Source: Acidothermus cellulolyticus 11B (GTDB taxonomy: Bacteria > Actinomycetota > Actinomycetes > Acidothermales > Acidothermaceae). Taken from it: a stretch of 32,000 bases of DNA. Numbering within the stretch: position 1 is the first letter of the stretch; every line of letters begins with the position of its first letter. The notes under the pieces were generated by a model, which worked only from the letters and a program-made list of their open reading frames with translations, did no database searches and was not told the DNA's origin. A program made the position numbers and the translations under genes. Shown here one piece after another: positions 30,637-32,000 of this stretch. The stretch is taken from NCBI RefSeq assembly GCF_000015025.1, contig NC_008578.1, forward strand, positions 1,920,001 to 1,952,000, given 5' to 3'.

Positions 30637-30790
30637 CGGTTAATTGTACGGCCTCGCGGCACCACGACGCCGTCGGAAAAACCGGCGAGCCGAACGGAGA
30701 CGGGCTCCACCGCGCGCACTTCTCCTGCTGCTCCGGCGACGCCTGACCCGGCACGCAGCACGGCACCAGGGCCGGCTCGAGACGCGCCGC

Positions 30791-30925
30791 AGACCGCGGG
30801 CACCTGTCACACCGGGGTCGCGGCAACCGGAGTTGAGGTGGCTCCCCACTGAACCGCAGCACCTGTCACACCTGCGTCCCGGCAACCCGGGGTTGCCGCG
30901 ACCCGCCGCTGAACCGCGGCACGGG
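30791..30925. repeat. Degenerate tandem repeat of about 60 bp (2.2 units) in the ftsX-peptidase intergenic region
   Basis: (a)gaaccgc(g/a)g-gcacctgtcacacc recurs at 30791 and 30851, and partially at 30911. Both full units contain cggcaacc. Unit 2 contains the hairpin CGGCAAC-ccggg-GTTGCCG (30880-30898), just downstream of the ftsX stop. Confidence 0.6.
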
Positions 30926-30929
30926 TCGG

Positions 30930-31850
30930 CTAAATCCGCTGCCGCAGCATGTACGTCTGCAAGGTGGCAAAAGACGCCAGACCCGCGATGACGACACCTG
31001 CGAGCGCGAGATAAGGCAGCGTGCCAAGCACGGCCGGCCACTCGATGAGCGAGCCGAGCGGCGCCAGCACCGGCCGCAGCGTGTGGTCGATGAAGAAGTA
31101 CTTCGTCGCGGCGACAAAGCCAAAACCGAGGAGGGCGCCGCCGAGGCCGGCCAGCATCCCCTCGAGCAGAAAGGGGAGCTGAATATACAAATTCGACGCG
31201 CCGACCAACCGCATGATCCCGGTTTCGCGGCGGCGGCTTGCGGCCGAGACCTGAACCGCAACACCGATCATCACGATGGCGGCAATCACGACGAAAATCG
31301 CCAACGCGATGGCGAAATTCCGGGCGCTCGCCGCAATGTCGAACAACTTTTTGAGGAATGTGTGCTCATCTTGCACCTGGTCGACGCCCGGTTGATTCTC
31401 CACCGCCTGGCGCACGACGTCGAACTTGCTGGGATCCGCGAGCTTAACGGTGAAGGATTCCGGGAGCGCATCCGGCGGGGTGCTCTTCACCAAATCGGGG
31501 AGATCTTTGAACTCTTCCTTGAAAATCTCGTACGCCTGCTGCTGATCAATGAATTGCACGCTCTGGACCAACGGCCGCAGGCTGTTGAGCGTCTGCCCGA
31601 CCTGCTGGACCTGCTCCGGCGTCGCCGCGGTCGGGCAATTCGGGTTCGTGCTGTGTTCGGCGCACAAATAGACCGACACCTGGAGGCGTTGGTACCAATA
31701 GTGCTGGCTGAGATCGACCTGGCGCTGCACGAGCAATGCGATGCCGAAGAGAAACAGCGAGAACGCCGTGATGACGACGACGGCGAAGAGCATGAGCACG
31801 TTCCGGCGCAGGCTGATCGCAAGCTCAGAGAGCACGAAGCGTAATCGCAT
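30930..31850 (-). CDS. ftsX: Cell division permease-like protein FtsX
   Basis: Track ORF of 306 aa: MRLRFVLSELAISLRRNVLMLFAVVVITAFSLFLFG. It has a large extracytoplasmic loop and three C-terminal TM helices (IMRLVGASNLYIQLPFLLEGML). An SD (GGACGAGGG) precedes the ATG at 31850. Confidence 0.92.
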   Translation of the reverse strand: MRLRFVLSELAISLRRNVLMLFAVVVITAFSLFLFGIALLVQRQVDLSQHYWYQRLQVSVYLCAEHSTNPNCPTAATPEQVQQVGQTLNSLRPLVQSVQFIDQQQAYEIFKEEFKDLPDLVKSTPPDALPESFTVKLADPSKFDVVRQAVENQPGVDQVQDEHTFLKKLFDIAASARNFAIALAIFVVIAAIVMIGVAVQVSAASRRRETGIMRLVGASNLYIQLPFLLEGMLAGLGGALLGFGFVAATKYFFIDHTLRPVLAPLGSLIEWPAVLGTLPYLALAGVVIAGLASFATLQTYMLRQRI

Positions 31851-31867
31851 GAGAACCCTCGTCCTGA

Positions 31868-32000
31868 TCAGTTCGAATAGCCGTACACACCGCGGGACTG
31901 GTCGCGGACGACGTGACCGCCGTCCAACTCGATGACGCGCCGGCGCATCGAGTCGACGATGTGCGCATCGTGGGTCGCCATGACCACCGTGGTGCCGGTC
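31868..32000 (-). CDS. ftsE: Cell division ATP-binding protein FtsE, C-terminal 43 codons. The 5' part lies beyond the window end.
   Basis: Absent from the ORF track (edge ORF). The reverse strand reads [43 protein letters not shown] followed by a stop. This is the H-loop region of an ABC ATPase, and it ends 17 nt upstream of ftsX. Confidence 0.85.
   Translation of the reverse strand, partial: TGTTVVMATHDAHIVDSMRRRVIELDGGHVVRDQSRGVYGYSN

Overview
High-GC, GC3-rich chromosomal segment of actinobacterial type, made up mostly of core genes. Product names come from motif recognition by eye, because no database search was possible.

Gene order, left to right:
- murT (partial, minus strand) preceded by a small 2-TM protein.
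- A TetR / SnoaL-like cyclase / SDR / alpha-beta hydrolase accessory cluster.
- An RpoD-family sigma factor, acetoacetyl-CoA synthetase, an aldo-keto reductase and an HtrA-type protease, all on the minus strand.
- pncA.
- A secreted beta-helix protein gene interrupted by an in-frame TGA.
- A DHA2 MFS transporter translationally coupled to an FmdB zinc-ribbon gene.
- A GT2 glycosyltransferase.
- A cobalamin riboswitch plus metE.
- A second, paralogous cobalamin riboswitch plus class Ia RNR genes nrdA and nrdB.
- A lower-GC, ORF-poor segment holding a near-consensus promoter with a palindromic operator, small ORFs, a 3-TM protein and an MBLAC1-like MBL hydrolase.
- ssrA (tmRNA), smpB, an S41 peptidase, ftsX and ftsE (partial), all on the minus strand.

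The window is also rich in intergenic tandem repeats: a 38-39-bp unit array, 36-bp and 30-bp duplications, and about 60-bp degenerate units. It has several strong hairpins.

I found no recognisable defence, CRISPR, mobile-element or biosynthetic system. The most unexplained DNA is the tmRNA-adjacent segment (about 25974-28388). Two ORF-poor stretches (1183-2062 and 5647-6391) are also unexplained. Most long ORFs in the supplied track are antisense or out-of-frame shadows typical of GC-rich DNA.
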